From Candidatus Poseidoniaceae archaeon (GTDB taxonomy: Archaea > Thermoplasmatota > Poseidoniia > Poseidoniales > Poseidoniaceae), in NCBI GenBank assembly GCA_028356125.1, contig JAOMTZ010000003.1, forward strand, positions 25,557 through 89,556: DNA of 64,000 bases, read 5' to 3'. This document shows, piece after piece, positions 9,293-19,558 of this stretch. Position numbers and translations under genes: made by a program. The stretch's first letter is position 1. Every line of letters begins with the position of its first letter. The notes below the pieces were generated by a model. The model worked only from the letters and a program-made list of their open reading frames with translations. It ran no database searches and had not been told where the DNA came from.

Positions 9293-12200
9293 TGTTCACC
9301 CCCGGTCATATCGAGGCTTCCTTTCCAAGCAGAAACCATTTGCTCGACTGGCGCTTCGATTACTAGGTCGTCGCCATCCCAAATGCTGAGAGAGTCGCTG
9401 TCGATTGTCTCGCCCATGTATGTAAGTGAGTGTCCCTTCATCATCGAAAGGAATTCAGCACGGTTGTTTTGTTTAACTCCAACCATGATTCTTCCTAAGG
9501 ATTCTCCCCAGAGTCTGCCCCACAGGTCTGCATCTCCTGGGCCATCAACATCTATTGCTGCTCCACATCTTCCACCAATGCACATCTCGGCGATTGCAAC
9601 GGCTACTCCACCTTCACTACAGTCGTGGGCGGTTCTTACGATTCCTGATTGGATGGCTTTTGTCAATGCTTTGTAAGCGCCAAGGTTCTTTTCGGGGTTG
9701 GGTAATTGTGGTACTTCGCCACCAATTCCATCTGCTTCTCCAGATTCTTTCAGCATGAATGAAATTTCACTAGCGCCTAATTCTTGCTTTGATTCGCCAA
9801 CAAGGTACAGGCTCTCTCCGGGCTTTAGGTCGGATGTTGTAGTGTAGCGTACGTCTGGGTGATCTCCAAATAATGAGAATAGTAGTGTGGGCGGGATTGA
9901 AATCTTGTTTTCTCCGCTGCCATAATCGTTCTTCATTGAGTCTTTTCCAGAAATACATGGTACGAAATAAGCCCTGCAAATTCGTTCTAGTTCGCGGTTT
10001 GCCCTGACTAACTGAGCCAATTTAAAACGGCCATCGGGGGTTTTCTTACTTTCGATTGGATCGGGCCAGCAGAAATTATCCAATCCTGCAACTTTAGACA
10101 AGTCTACGCCTGTGCATACTGCATTTCTAACGGCTTCATCTACCGCAGCAGCAGCCATTGCTCCAGCGTCAATGTCGCTATATCTCGGGGATATCCCATT
10201 TGAAACTACGAGTCCCTTTGTTGAACCATGGATAGGAGCTAGTAATCCTGCATCGCCTGGTCCATCTCTCTCAACGCCAACGAAAGGCTTCAATGCGGTT
10301 TGTGCAATAACTTCGTGGTCATATTGTCTGACCCAGGTTTCCTTGGATGCGATATTTGGCCTAGATAGCATTCTCATTAGTAGTGGTGTATGAGATGATA
10401 CTGAAGGCGGTGTGAATAGTGTGTTCACCGGCTTAACCCATTCGCTCTCTAGCCTCAATTGAGGAACTCCGTCATGAAGGAATTCTATTGGTAATGACGC
10501 TACTGTATCATCATCATGAACTACGTGAAATTGTCCTGTATTTGTGAAATCTGCAACCCATGTTGCCTCTACTTCATGCAGATCTGCAAGTTTTTCAAAT
10601 GCTGGGACATCAGATTCTCTCACGGCTACAGTCATCCTTTCTTGGGACTCAGAAACTAGAATCTCCCAAGATGATAATCCAGATTGCTTCAGTGGGACTT
10701 TACCTAGATCTATTTTACACCCATTCGTGTATTCTGCCATTTCTCCAATGCTAGATGAAAGACCGCCTGCTCCATTATCGGTAATACAGGTTATCAATCC
10801 AGCATCTCTGGCTTCGAGTATCATATCAACCATTTTCTTCTGAGTGATTGGGTCTCCAATTTGAACAGCACTTGATGGTGATTCCTCGGTCAGCTCGAGG
10901 GATGAAAATGTTGCCCCGTGTATTCCGTCATAACCAACTCTTCCTCCAACCATGTAGACTCTGTCTCCTGGTTGTGGATTTTTTTCATGTGATTCTCTAC
11001 CGTCTGCTAATCTTCTTGGCATCATACCAATTGTGCCACAGTAAACTAGTGGCTTTCCGATATATCGGTCGTCGAAAACAATGGCTCCATTGACAGTAGG
11101 AATGCCGCTCTCATTACCCCCAACTCTGACCCCTGCATGAACACCCCTCAATACTCTTGAAGGGTGGAATAAATTGTCTGGAAGGTCTCCTTCCCAATCA
11201 GGAGGTCCGAAACAGAATACATCTGTGTTAGCGATTGGTCTTGCACCTAGCCCAGTCCCCAATATATCCCTATTAACACCAACAATTCCAGTCATTGCGC
11301 CACCGTATGGATCTAATGCGCTTGGAGAATTGTGCGTCTCTGCCTTCATACATATTGACCATTCATCGTCCCACGCTATTACTCCTGAATTGTCATGGAA
11401 AACAGAGAGAAGCCAATCGACTTCGTCCTTCATTTCTAGTGTTGGGTTCATGATGTGAGTCTTGAATAATGAATCGATTTCGGTGTCTTCTCCCGTCTCG
11501 GTATCAACATGGTGAATATGTGCTGCGAATATCTTGTGTTTGCAGTGTTCAGACCATGTTTGGGCTAAGCATTCTAGCTCCACGTCTGTGGGAGCGTTTT
11601 CAGGAAGGCCAACTGCTGCTCTAGATGATCTGACTTCTGAGTCTCTGTAATGTGCTTGAATTGTTTGCATTTCTTCGAGGTTTAGTGCTAACAAGCCTTC
11701 TTCTGATAATTTAATTAAGTCTTCATCAGAGATTTCCAAGTCGATTGTTGCAGGGGGTGTGTAGTCTATTGCCGCAACTGGTATGTATTCAATTTCTGGA
11801 CTTTTGTCGCCTTTGGTTGAGTATAATGCCCTCTCTATCAGACCGTTGTGAAGTTGTTTGGATAACCAGTCCGCATCTACCTCTTCTGGTACCCCTTGGA
11901 ACACATAGGTGATGTATGTTGATACTCTTGCATCTTCGCCTGCTTCTGGGAAAATTGTACGGAATCCATCTAGAGCTGCTTTGCCAGGATTATCTGTAAC
12001 TCCTGCTTTGAAACCAATTGTAATGGTGATGTCTGGGGACTCAGAGAACAGTGTTGGATTGTCTAAATGTAAGGAATCTGTCGCACTTTCTTCGATAATT
12101 GGATCTGCGAACACGTCATCTACTCTGGTAGAAACCTCTTCAGAGGTTATTTCGCTATCGATAAGGAATCCTACAATTGATCTCACGCTATCGATATTGA

Positions 12201-12315
12201 TTGAATGGTCGGCTGCCAGTTGCCTCTTTACAGAGTCCCCGCGGACGTCTCTCATTCCTTCTCCGGTCTTCGGAGTTGTCTCTACTCGAACTATGTTTGA
12301 GGGCACTTGAAACAC
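9289..12315 (-). CDS. purL: FGAM synthase PurL with N-terminal PurS-like extension
   Basis: Motifs WSEHCKHK, KAETHNSPS, SESQERM, SGKDSM; 4 bp overlap with purQ; 1008 aa. Confidence 0.93.
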   Translation of the reverse strand: MFQVPSNIVRVETTPKTGEGMRDVRGDSVKRQLAADHSINIDSVRSIVGFLIDSEITSEEVSTRVDDVFADPIIEESATDSLHLDNPTLFSESPDITITIGFKAGVTDNPGKAALDGFRTIFPEAGEDARVSTYITYVFQGVPEEVDADWLSKQLHNGLIERALYSTKGDKSPEIEYIPVAAIDYTPPATIDLEISDEDLIKLSEEGLLALNLEEMQTIQAHYRDSEVRSSRAAVGLPENAPTDVELECLAQTWSEHCKHKIFAAHIHHVDTETGEDTEIDSLFKTHIMNPTLEMKDEVDWLLSVFHDNSGVIAWDDEWSICMKAETHNSPSALDPYGGAMTGIVGVNRDILGTGLGARPIANTDVFCFGPPDWEGDLPDNLFHPSRVLRGVHAGVRVGGNESGIPTVNGAIVFDDRYIGKPLVYCGTIGMMPRRLADGRESHEKNPQPGDRVYMVGGRVGYDGIHGATFSSLELTEESPSSAVQIGDPITQKKMVDMILEARDAGLITCITDNGAGGLSSSIGEMAEYTNGCKIDLGKVPLKQSGLSSWEILVSESQERMTVAVRESDVPAFEKLADLHEVEATWVADFTNTGQFHVVHDDDTVASLPIEFLHDGVPQLRLESEWVKPVNTLFTPPSVSSHTPLLMRMLSRPNIASKETWVRQYDHEVIAQTALKPFVGVERDGPGDAGLLAPIHGSTKGLVVSNGISPRYSDIDAGAMAAAAVDEAVRNAVCTGVDLSKVAGLDNFCWPDPIESKKTPDGRFKLAQLVRANRELERICRAYFVPCISGKDSMKNDYGSGENKISIPPTLLFSLFGDHPDVRYTTTSDLKPGESLYLVGESKQELGASEISFMLKESGEADGIGGEVPQLPNPEKNLGAYKALTKAIQSGIVRTAHDCSEGGVAVAIAEMCIGGRCGAAIDVDGPGDADLWGRLWGESLGRIMVGVKQNNRAEFLSMMKGHSLTYMGETIDSDSLSIWDGDDLVIEAPVEQMVSAWKGSLDMTGGEQ

Positions 12316-12401
12316 CTGCCCCCTATGGGGGCAGCAGATGGGCAGAGACTACCGTCCATGAATACTACGCTCGAAAACGGTGATTTTGGGGTTTGGTTTC
12401 G

Positions 12402-15311
12402 TTACAAAGCGTCTTTCAAAAACTGCCCTGTGAAACTGCCCTTGACCTTAGCAACATCCTCCGGGGTTCCTATCGCAACTATCTTTCCACCACGGTCTCC
12501 ACCTTCTGGACCAAGGTCTACAACCCAGTCTGCAGATTTGATTACATCTAAGTGGTGCTCAATTACAATAATTGAGTGCCCTGTTGTTCTAAGCCTTAGA
12601 AGAACATCGATTAATTGTTGAACATCTGAGAACGAAAGTCCGGTTGTAGGTTCATCTAAGATGTACATTGTATGCTTGTGAGGAGGTCTTCTCAACTCAC
12701 TAGCTAATTTCACACGTTGTGCTTCCCCTCCTGAAAGGGTAGTTGCTGGTTGGCCAAGGCGGATGTATCCTAGTCCTACATCATTGATGGTCGATAGAGT
12801 ACGGTGAAGTTTTCTATGGTTTGCGAAAAATTCCACAGCCTCGCCCACTGGCATCTCTAGGATATCGTGGATGTTCTTTCCTTTCCAAGTTACTTCCAAG
12901 GTTTCTCTAGTGTATCTCTTTCCTTGGCATATATCACAGGTGATCCAAACATCTGGTAAGAAATTCATTTCCAGTTTAATTGAGCCTCCTCCTCGGCACG
13001 CTTCGCAGCGTCCGCCTTTGACATTGAATGAAAAATGGCCTGGTGTGTATCCCCTTTCTTTAGCCAGATTTGTTTCCGAGAATAGTTTTCTTACATCGTC
13101 AAACGCTTTAGTGTAAGTTGCTGGGTTTGAACGAGGAGTTCTTCCAATTGGTGATTGGTCGATTACGATGACTTTGTCGACATTTTCAATCCCTTCAATT
13201 TCATCATGGAGTCCGGGCTGTGCATCAGACCCGTTTATGTGACGTTGGAGTGAGGGGGCGAGAATGCTTGAAACAAGGGATGATTTTCCTGAACCAGAAA
13301 CTCCTGTCACAGCCGTCAAACAGCCTAGTGGGAAGCTGACATCAATATTGTCAAGGTTGTTTTGCCGGGCACCTACTACCTTTAGATGGCCTTTCTTAGC
13401 AGGGGCTCTTTCTTTAGGAACTGGTATACTGCGCTTACCTGAAAGATACGCTCCAGTTACTGATTCTTTTGACTTCATTGCTACTTTAGGTGGCCCATTT
13501 GCGACAATTCTTCCGCCTTCTAAACCTGCTCCTGGGCCCAAATCACAAAGCCAGTCTGCTTGGCGAAGGGTTTCTTCGTCGTGTTCTACGACGAGTAGGG
13601 TGTTTCCTAAATCAGATAGTTCTCTGAGTGTTGTTAGAAGGCGTTCGTTGTCTCTTTGATGAAGTCCAATGGATGGTTCGTCTAAGACATACATTACTCC
13701 GGTCAATCTACTTCCGATTTGAGTTGCCAATCTTATTCGTTGACTCTCTCCGCCTGACAGTGTACTTGCGCGCCTGTCGAGAGTTAGATAATCCAGCCCG
13801 ACGTCATTTAGGAATCTTAGTCTACCTTCTATTTCTTTGAGAATCTCCCGGCCGATGAAGAAGCTTCTCTCGTCGAGTTTTTCTGCAGATTTGCCTTCTC
13901 CGCCCATTGATTGAATGATTTGTAATGCTTCGAATACACTTGCAGCACCAATTTCTGGAAGGCGCTTACCGGCAACGGTTACTCCTCTAGCTGCGGCATT
14001 CAATTTTTCACCATTACATTCGGAACAATCTTCGTCGTTCATGCATGCAATCAAACGACTTCTGGTTCGATCTGAGGTTGTTTCTGTGTATGTTTTTTGC
14101 AGGCGCCCATATACTCCTTCCCATGGCTTGCTGTAGTTGTATTGTGAGCCTGTTTCTGAACGGAATTCAAAGTGTATAATCGTTGAACCCGAACCGTTCA
14201 TCATGATATCTTTGGAGTCTTCATCTAAATCTGCAAAGGGAATATCTGTAGGAATTCCATAATGATGTGCGGTTTGCTCCATCAGTTTACGATACCAGTG
14301 TGGAGACATTGATTGTCTCCAGGGTATAATGCACCCCTCAGAAATTGTTGCTCTGGGATTTACCAAAAGGTCTGCACTAAATCTTCGCTGAACGCCTAAC
14401 CCTTGACATGAAGGGCACGCTCCGAGTGGTGAATTGAATGAGAATACTCTTGGGCTCATTTCAGGCATGAATGCTCCGTGTTGAGCACATGCAAATTCTT
14501 CAGACCAAACCATTGTTTCTCCTGTATTGGTTTCTTTAGACTTTGAACCTTCAGAATATTCGAATTTGCTCTCTGGGGGCTTGATGCTTTCAATCGCGAC
14601 CGTTCCGCCACCTATTTTCAGTGCAGATTCAACGGCTTCGGTAAGTCGTTGCCTTCTATCTTTAGTGCAGCGAAATCTATCAATCCTAACGTCAACATCG
14701 TGTCGGAGGTTTTTATCGAGATTATGGTTTTCTTCGAAGGACTCTTCTCTCCCATTAATCCTGCCTTCTGTCCATCCTTGCTCTACCAGGTGCCGGAATA
14801 AATCGGCATGTGTTCCTTTGCGATTACGGATAGCTGGACTCCAAACCGCAACCGCGTGGCCCTCCATATTCCATGTGATGTCGTCAACTATCTCTTGAAC
14901 GGTTCTTCTAGCAACCTCTATGCCACAGGTTGGACAGTGTGGAAGTCCGATTCTGGCCCACATTAACCGTAAATAATCCATTATTTCGGTAACAGTAGCA
15001 ACTGTTGAACGGGGGTTGTGGCTTCCCTGTTTCTGATCGATTGAAATTGCCGGAGATAGACCTTCTATGTTATCACAGTCGGCTTTTTTCATTTGACCGA
15101 TGAATTGTCTAGCGTATGAAGATAAACTTTCGACGTATCTTCGCTGTCCTTCTGCGTAAAGTGTATCAAATGCTAAGGATGATTTTCCAGATCCTGAAAC
15201 TCCAGAAATTACAACAAATTGGCCTCTTGGTAGTTTGACATCGACGTCTTGTAGATTGTGTGTTCGCGCACCGCGAACTTCAATCCAACCATCATCGCCA
15301 GGCTTTGCCAT
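12402..15311 (-). CDS. uvrA: excinuclease ABC subunit A
   Basis: Two GVSGSGKSS Walker A motifs, LSGGESQR and LSGGEAQR signatures, Zn fingers. Confidence 0.97.
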   Translation of the reverse strand: MAKPGDDGWIEVRGARTHNLQDVDVKLPRGQFVVISGVSGSGKSSLAFDTLYAEGQRRYVESLSSYARQFIGQMKKADCDNIEGLSPAISIDQKQGSHNPRSTVATVTEIMDYLRLMWARIGLPHCPTCGIEVARRTVQEIVDDITWNMEGHAVAVWSPAIRNRKGTHADLFRHLVEQGWTEGRINGREESFEENHNLDKNLRHDVDVRIDRFRCTKDRRQRLTEAVESALKIGGGTVAIESIKPPESKFEYSEGSKSKETNTGETMVWSEEFACAQHGAFMPEMSPRVFSFNSPLGACPSCQGLGVQRRFSADLLVNPRATISEGCIIPWRQSMSPHWYRKLMEQTAHHYGIPTDIPFADLDEDSKDIMMNGSGSTIIHFEFRSETGSQYNYSKPWEGVYGRLQKTYTETTSDRTRSRLIACMNDEDCSECNGEKLNAAARGVTVAGKRLPEIGAASVFEALQIIQSMGGEGKSAEKLDERSFFIGREILKEIEGRLRFLNDVGLDYLTLDRRASTLSGGESQRIRLATQIGSRLTGVMYVLDEPSIGLHQRDNERLLTTLRELSDLGNTLLVVEHDEETLRQADWLCDLGPGAGLEGGRIVANGPPKVAMKSKESVTGAYLSGKRSIPVPKERAPAKKGHLKVVGARQNNLDNIDVSFPLGCLTAVTGVSGSGKSSLVSSILAPSLQRHINGSDAQPGLHDEIEGIENVDKVIVIDQSPIGRTPRSNPATYTKAFDDVRKLFSETNLAKERGYTPGHFSFNVKGGRCEACRGGGSIKLEMNFLPDVWITCDICQGKRYTRETLEVTWKGKNIHDILEMPVGEAVEFFANHRKLHRTLSTINDVGLGYIRLGQPATTLSGGEAQRVKLASELRRPPHKHTMYILDEPTTGLSFSDVQQLIDVLLRLRTTGHSIIVIEHHLDVIKSADWVVDLGPEGGDRGGKIVAIGTPEDVAKVKGSFTGQFLKDAL

Positions 15312-15351
15312 GATTAGTTCGGTTGGTCAAGGGTTCTTGAGTCCTTGCTTA

Positions 15352-16221
15352 TCACTCAGGGCCGAATGGAATTGTAGCATCAAATCTAACAGGTTCGTCT
15401 GTTTCAGGGTGAAGGAGTTCTAACCCCGATGCATGTAGTGCGATTCTACCTATTGGGTTGCCTTCTGCGCCGTGTTGTTCATCGCCAACAACCGGATAGC
15501 CCATATTTGCTAAACCTACACGGATTTGGTGTCTCCTTCCAGTCTCGATAGTTAGCATTAGTAGAGTAGCTATATCGTCACTGTCCTCGATGCTCCAGTG
15601 AGTAATTGCCTCCTTAGCCATAGGGTTTCTCTTGTTAACCGCTCTAACTCGTAGAAATTTATCTTCCAAAAGCCATTCGTGAATTGTTCCGCTTTTTATT
15701 TCCGGCTTTCCTTGCACTAATGCATGGTAGACGCGGTGAACTGATCTGCCTGCAAATTGTTCCTGAAGGTATTCTTTGTGTCTTTTATGTTTGGCGAATA
15801 TCATAACCCCTGATGTTTCACGATCTAGTCTGTGAACGATGAATACCCAATTTCTTTCATCTTCGCCTTTAACGTAGTCAACCGCTCTTGAATGCAGTGT
15901 ATCTGGTTCCATCTTATCTGTTGCAACTGATAGAAGGCCTGCTTGTTTATTCAATACAAGAATGTGTTCGTCTTCAAATAAAATCTTGATTCTTGCATGT
16001 TGTTTTTTAGGAGCTGGTGGAGGGGATGATACTGCGGCTGATTCTCTGTCTGCCACTGTTAGAATGCTGCCTTTGTTTACTATGTGTTTTGCTTTATGTA
16101 CAACTTTTCCATCAACTAATGCCCTGCCTTCTGTCAGCATTTTTCGTAATTTATTACGTTTTGAATTTGGAAAATATTGAGCAAGGGCTTCTAATAATTC
16201 AATGTCTTCTTTAATCTCCAT
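15352..16221 (-). CDS. RluA-family RNA pseudouridine synthase with S4-like N-terminus
   Basis: Motifs HRLDRETSG and TGRRHQIR. Confidence 0.92.
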   Translation of the reverse strand: MEIKEDIELLEALAQYFPNSKRNKLRKMLTEGRALVDGKVVHKAKHIVNKGSILTVADRESAAVSSPPPAPKKQHARIKILFEDEHILVLNKQAGLLSVATDKMEPDTLHSRAVDYVKGEDERNWVFIVHRLDRETSGVMIFAKHKRHKEYLQEQFAGRSVHRVYHALVQGKPEIKSGTIHEWLLEDKFLRVRAVNKRNPMAKEAITHWSIEDSDDIATLLMLTIETGRRHQIRVGLANMGYPVVGDEQHGAEGNPIGRIALHASGLELLHPETDEPVRFDATIPFGPE

Positions 16222-16229
16222 AATATCAC

Positions 16230-17435
16230 CTAAACAAACATTACCTCAACAGTATCGCCAATAGAATACTGTTTACCTGGTTGTAAAATCAAAAATGCAT
16301 CGCTATGAGCAATACTAGCTAAGTTTCCAGAACCCTGGTGGATTTTCTGGTGTGCGATTAATTCTGAACCATTATTCTCAATCGATACCCTTCGAAGTGT
16401 TAGACTATCTTTTGTTGGTTTAACTTCGGTTGCTAGTTTAGCAAATGCTTTGGCTTCAGTTGGCCCATCTGCAGAAGTCGCATTTCTAATCCATGGAGCG
16501 ACTAACATCCTGAATACGACATGAGAACTTACTGGATTACCGGGTAGTCCGAAAATAGGGGTCCCATTCCATATTCCAAACAATGGTGGTGAGCCTGGTC
16601 TGAGTTTAATTCTCCAGAAATGAAGATCGCCTTCCTCTTCCATAATTTTTCGAACAAAATCCCATTCTCCCATAGAAACACCCCCACTGGTAAGAATTAA
16701 ATCGTGATTTTTCGATACTTCGTTCAGAGTATTTCTGATGTCCTCTAACGTGTCTCCGATGCATTGTAATCTAGTTGGTTCGTGGCCCAACCACCTTACT
16801 AAGCCAGATAAACCAAATGAGTTAGATTCGTAAATTTCCCCCCTGTTAAGTTCATCTCCGGGCTGTTTTAATTCATCTCCTGTTGAGATTATTGCAACTT
16901 TTAATTTCTTAACTACAGGTAATGATGAATATCCCATTGTTGCACAAAGCCCTACTATCGAAGGAGTGAGGTGGGTTCCTGCCTGGAGTGCGATTTCACC
17001 TTGTTTGAGATTTTCTCCGGTTCTCCTGATAAAATGCTTCATTCCTTCTTGTTGTAGTGTTACTACATTTCCTTCCATAGAAGTTAATTCGATTTGGAGA
17101 ATTGCATCTGCGCCATTTGGCATTGGAGCTCCTGTCATGATTCTAACCGCTTCGCCGGCCTTCAATGAGATATTGTCTTCTTGTCCTGCAGCCCGTATAG
17201 TCCCTATAACATTCAGATTTGTTGGGGGGTTTGTTGTATCTTCATACCGCATAGCAAAGCCATCCATTGCTGAGTTGTCAAATGGCGGGTCGTTGACCAA
17301 AGACGGGAGATCTGTAGCTAGAATTCTCCCGTGACATTCATCGAGACTAACCCTTTCAACCATGGTTTGTATTCCTGTTTTGTTACAGATATCAATTGCT
17401 TGTTGAAGATTAACAAAATAAGGTATTTCGCTCAT
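16230..17435 (-). CDS. moeA: molybdopterin molybdotransferase MoeA
   Basis: Motifs PPFDNSAMDGFA, STGDEL, SGGVSMG, LPGNPVS; start refined to MSEIP. Confidence 0.93.
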   Translation of the reverse strand: MSEIPYFVNLQQAIDICNKTGIQTMVERVSLDECHGRILATDLPSLVNDPPFDNSAMDGFAMRYEDTTNPPTNLNVIGTIRAAGQEDNISLKAGEAVRIMTGAPMPNGADAILQIELTSMEGNVVTLQQEGMKHFIRRTGENLKQGEIALQAGTHLTPSIVGLCATMGYSSLPVVKKLKVAIISTGDELKQPGDELNRGEIYESNSFGLSGLVRWLGHEPTRLQCIGDTLEDIRNTLNEVSKNHDLILTSGGVSMGEWDFVRKIMEEEGDLHFWRIKLRPGSPPLFGIWNGTPIFGLPGNPVSSHVVFRMLVAPWIRNATSADGPTEAKAFAKLATEVKPTKDSLTLRRVSIENNGSELIAHQKIHQGSGNLASIAHSDAFLILQPGKQYSIGDTVEVMFV

Positions 17436-17466
17436 TAAATCACCTTTTTTTAATTTACAATTCGTT

Positions 17467-18276
17467 TTAATAAAGTAATACAAAGTCGATTAAATATCTA
17501 ATCAAACTAAGTGAAATGGCAACTAAAAATACAATAATGATTGTGTTTTTTGGAATATTTTTAATCGCATACTTTGCTCCTAAAAAAGATGATGAAAGAA
17601 CCAATAGGGGAAAAATTATGATTGCTAATAATCCAATATTATCGATCATATTACCTACAACGCCATCTAGTATAATGTGGCTCAATAAAGCGACGGGGAC
17701 AATCGTGGCGGCAACTAAAAAGCTCGTTCCTGCTGCTTTATTTGTGTCCATCTGAAGAATTGATCGATTAGCTGTAACAAGTATCGCTCCCCCTCCAATA
17801 CCAAGCATCCCCGATGACAATCCAGCAAATGCTGTTCCTATCATATACTCTCTCTTTTTATCAGATAATTGAATTTCTTTGTATGATTCCTTTACTGAAA
17901 CTCGCATTTGTTTTATTGTTCTCTCTATTACAAAAATCAGAATTATTGTTGCGAGAATTTTTATTATTATATCTCCTAAAATATCGATTAAATATCCTGA
18001 CAAGATGGTTCCTATTATAGCGGCCGGTATAGCTGAAATCCTTCCTACATTGGCTGTATTATTGTCAGAATGTCCTGCCTTTGAATGAGCCAGACTGCTG
18101 CCTATGGAAACCATAAGAACTAGAGTGAGAGATCCTATTACGGCTTCTTTCATCTCCCAATCTAACATGTAGTAAAAAATAGGAACATATAGAACTCCGC
18201 CTCCAATCCCTAGTGGACTAAAGGCTATGGCAACAACCAGTAAAGAAATCATTGCCATAATAGTAATGATTTCCAA
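17467..18276 (-). CDS. TauE/SafE (TSUP) family transporter
   Basis: Multi-TM protein with two GIGGG repeats. Confidence 0.8.
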   Translation of the reverse strand: MEIITIMAMISLLVVAIAFSPLGIGGGVLYVPIFYYMLDWEMKEAVIGSLTLVLMVSIGSSLAHSKAGHSDNNTANVGRISAIPAAIIGTILSGYLIDILGDIIIKILATIILIFVIERTIKQMRVSVKESYKEIQLSDKKREYMIGTAFAGLSSGMLGIGGGAILVTANRSILQMDTNKAAGTSFLVAATIVPVALLSHIILDGVVGNMIDNIGLLAIIIFPLLVLSSSFLGAKYAIKNIPKNTIIIVFLVAISLSLIRYLIDFVLLY

Positions 18277-18450
18277 ATTAATACCCCTCCTATACAGACC
18301 TGTTTACGGCAAATTTTTTTGAAATTACCTACGTGGGTGGCCATGGGGCCATTCCGATAAATTTCTATTCTAATCTATGATGTAAAGCATCTTTGTAAGT
18401 TATGATTTGTTTTGGGTGAACCTATTATCCTACAGTTACTGGCGGGAAGT

Positions 18451-19230
18451 ATGGAGATGGTGGTGTCGAGTTTCATCATTCTCTTTGCGTTGTTTGTTAT
18501 TGCCGCACTGTATTCTAGTGTAGGACACGGAGGGGCTTCTGGATACTTGGCTGTATTATCACTAACGGTTTATGCATCTCAGGACCCTTCGTGGTTAAAG
18601 CAACACGCCTGGAGTTTAAATCTGTTAGTTGCTGGTTTGGCTTTTTGGGCATATGGCAGGGCTGGGTTTTTCGATTCAAAGTTAGCACTTTCTTTCATGG
18701 TTGCCAGCGTTCCAGCTGCAATATTTGGTGGGTTACTAAGGGTGGATCATGGAGTTTATGATACTCTTCTTTCGATTACACTAATACTTGCAGCATGGCG
18801 GTTATTAGTTGTTAAAAATAATAATTCTGATGAAATATTTGTCAATAGTCCACCAATTTATATTACTGTAATAGTAGGGTTTGTGATTGGGTTTTTGAGT
18901 GGAATAGTTGGGGTTGGAGGAGGGATATTCCTATCACCAATAATTCTCTTATTTGGTTGGGCTGATGCAAAAACGACAGCCGGAATTGCGGCTGCTTTTA
19001 TTTGGGTTAATTCCGCTGCAGGATTGGTTGGAAACTCTATTTCTGGGCAACTAGAAATTGAGTTTGGAGTTCTGCTACCATTCACAATTGCCGTATTACT
19101 CGGCGGTTTAATTGGTTCAAGGGTTGGTTCGAAGGTATTCTCACAAATAGTGGTAAGGAGAATGTTAGTCTCTGTACTATTTTTAGCTGCGATAAAAAGA
19201 ATTCTAGATCTTGCTATTTCTGTATTCTAA
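18451..19230 (+). CDS. TauE/SafE (TSUP) family transporter
   Basis: Motifs VGHGGASGY and GVGGGIFLSP, multi-TM; start refined to ATG 18451. Confidence 0.85.
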   Translation: MEMVVSSFIILFALFVIAALYSSVGHGGASGYLAVLSLTVYASQDPSWLKQHAWSLNLLVAGLAFWAYGRAGFFDSKLALSFMVASVPAAIFGGLLRVDHGVYDTLLSITLILAAWRLLVVKNNNSDEIFVNSPPIYITVIVGFVIGFLSGIVGVGGGIFLSPIILLFGWADAKTTAGIAAAFIWVNSAAGLVGNSISGQLEIEFGVLLPFTIAVLLGGLIGSRVGSKVFSQIVVRRMLVSVLFLAAIKRILDLAISVF

Positions 19231-19512
19231 TCAATTAAATGACTCTTGGTGGTCGCAGTGTGGGCAAGTTATTGTGTAACGTGCTTTCTTAGGTTTTGGA
19301 ACTTTCATAATTGTTCCACACATCTCACATTGGTGTTTGATGGTATCAGGACCTTTTGGTTTGGCCGCTTCTTCGAGTGTTCTTCCAACATCTGTGGACC
19401 AACCTACTTGGTCAGTGTAAGAATCTGATTTTTTAAGTTTGGAACTCTTTAGAGATAGACGAATCTTTCTCTTTTTCTTACGGCGCTTTCCGGGCGGTGC
19501 CTTGGTTGCCAT
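19231..19512 (-). CDS. small basic protein with C-terminal Zn ribbon
   Basis: Lys/Arg-rich N-terminus; CEMC...CPHC. Confidence 0.7.
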   Translation of the reverse strand: MATKAPPGKRRKKKRKIRLSLKSSKLKKSDSYTDQVGWSTDVGRTLEEAAKPKGPDTIKHQCEMCGTIMKVPKPKKARYTITCPHCDHQESFN

Positions 19513-19558
19513 GAGTCACGGTATGTGTCGCTCTATACAATCACTTCGGCTAAATCAT

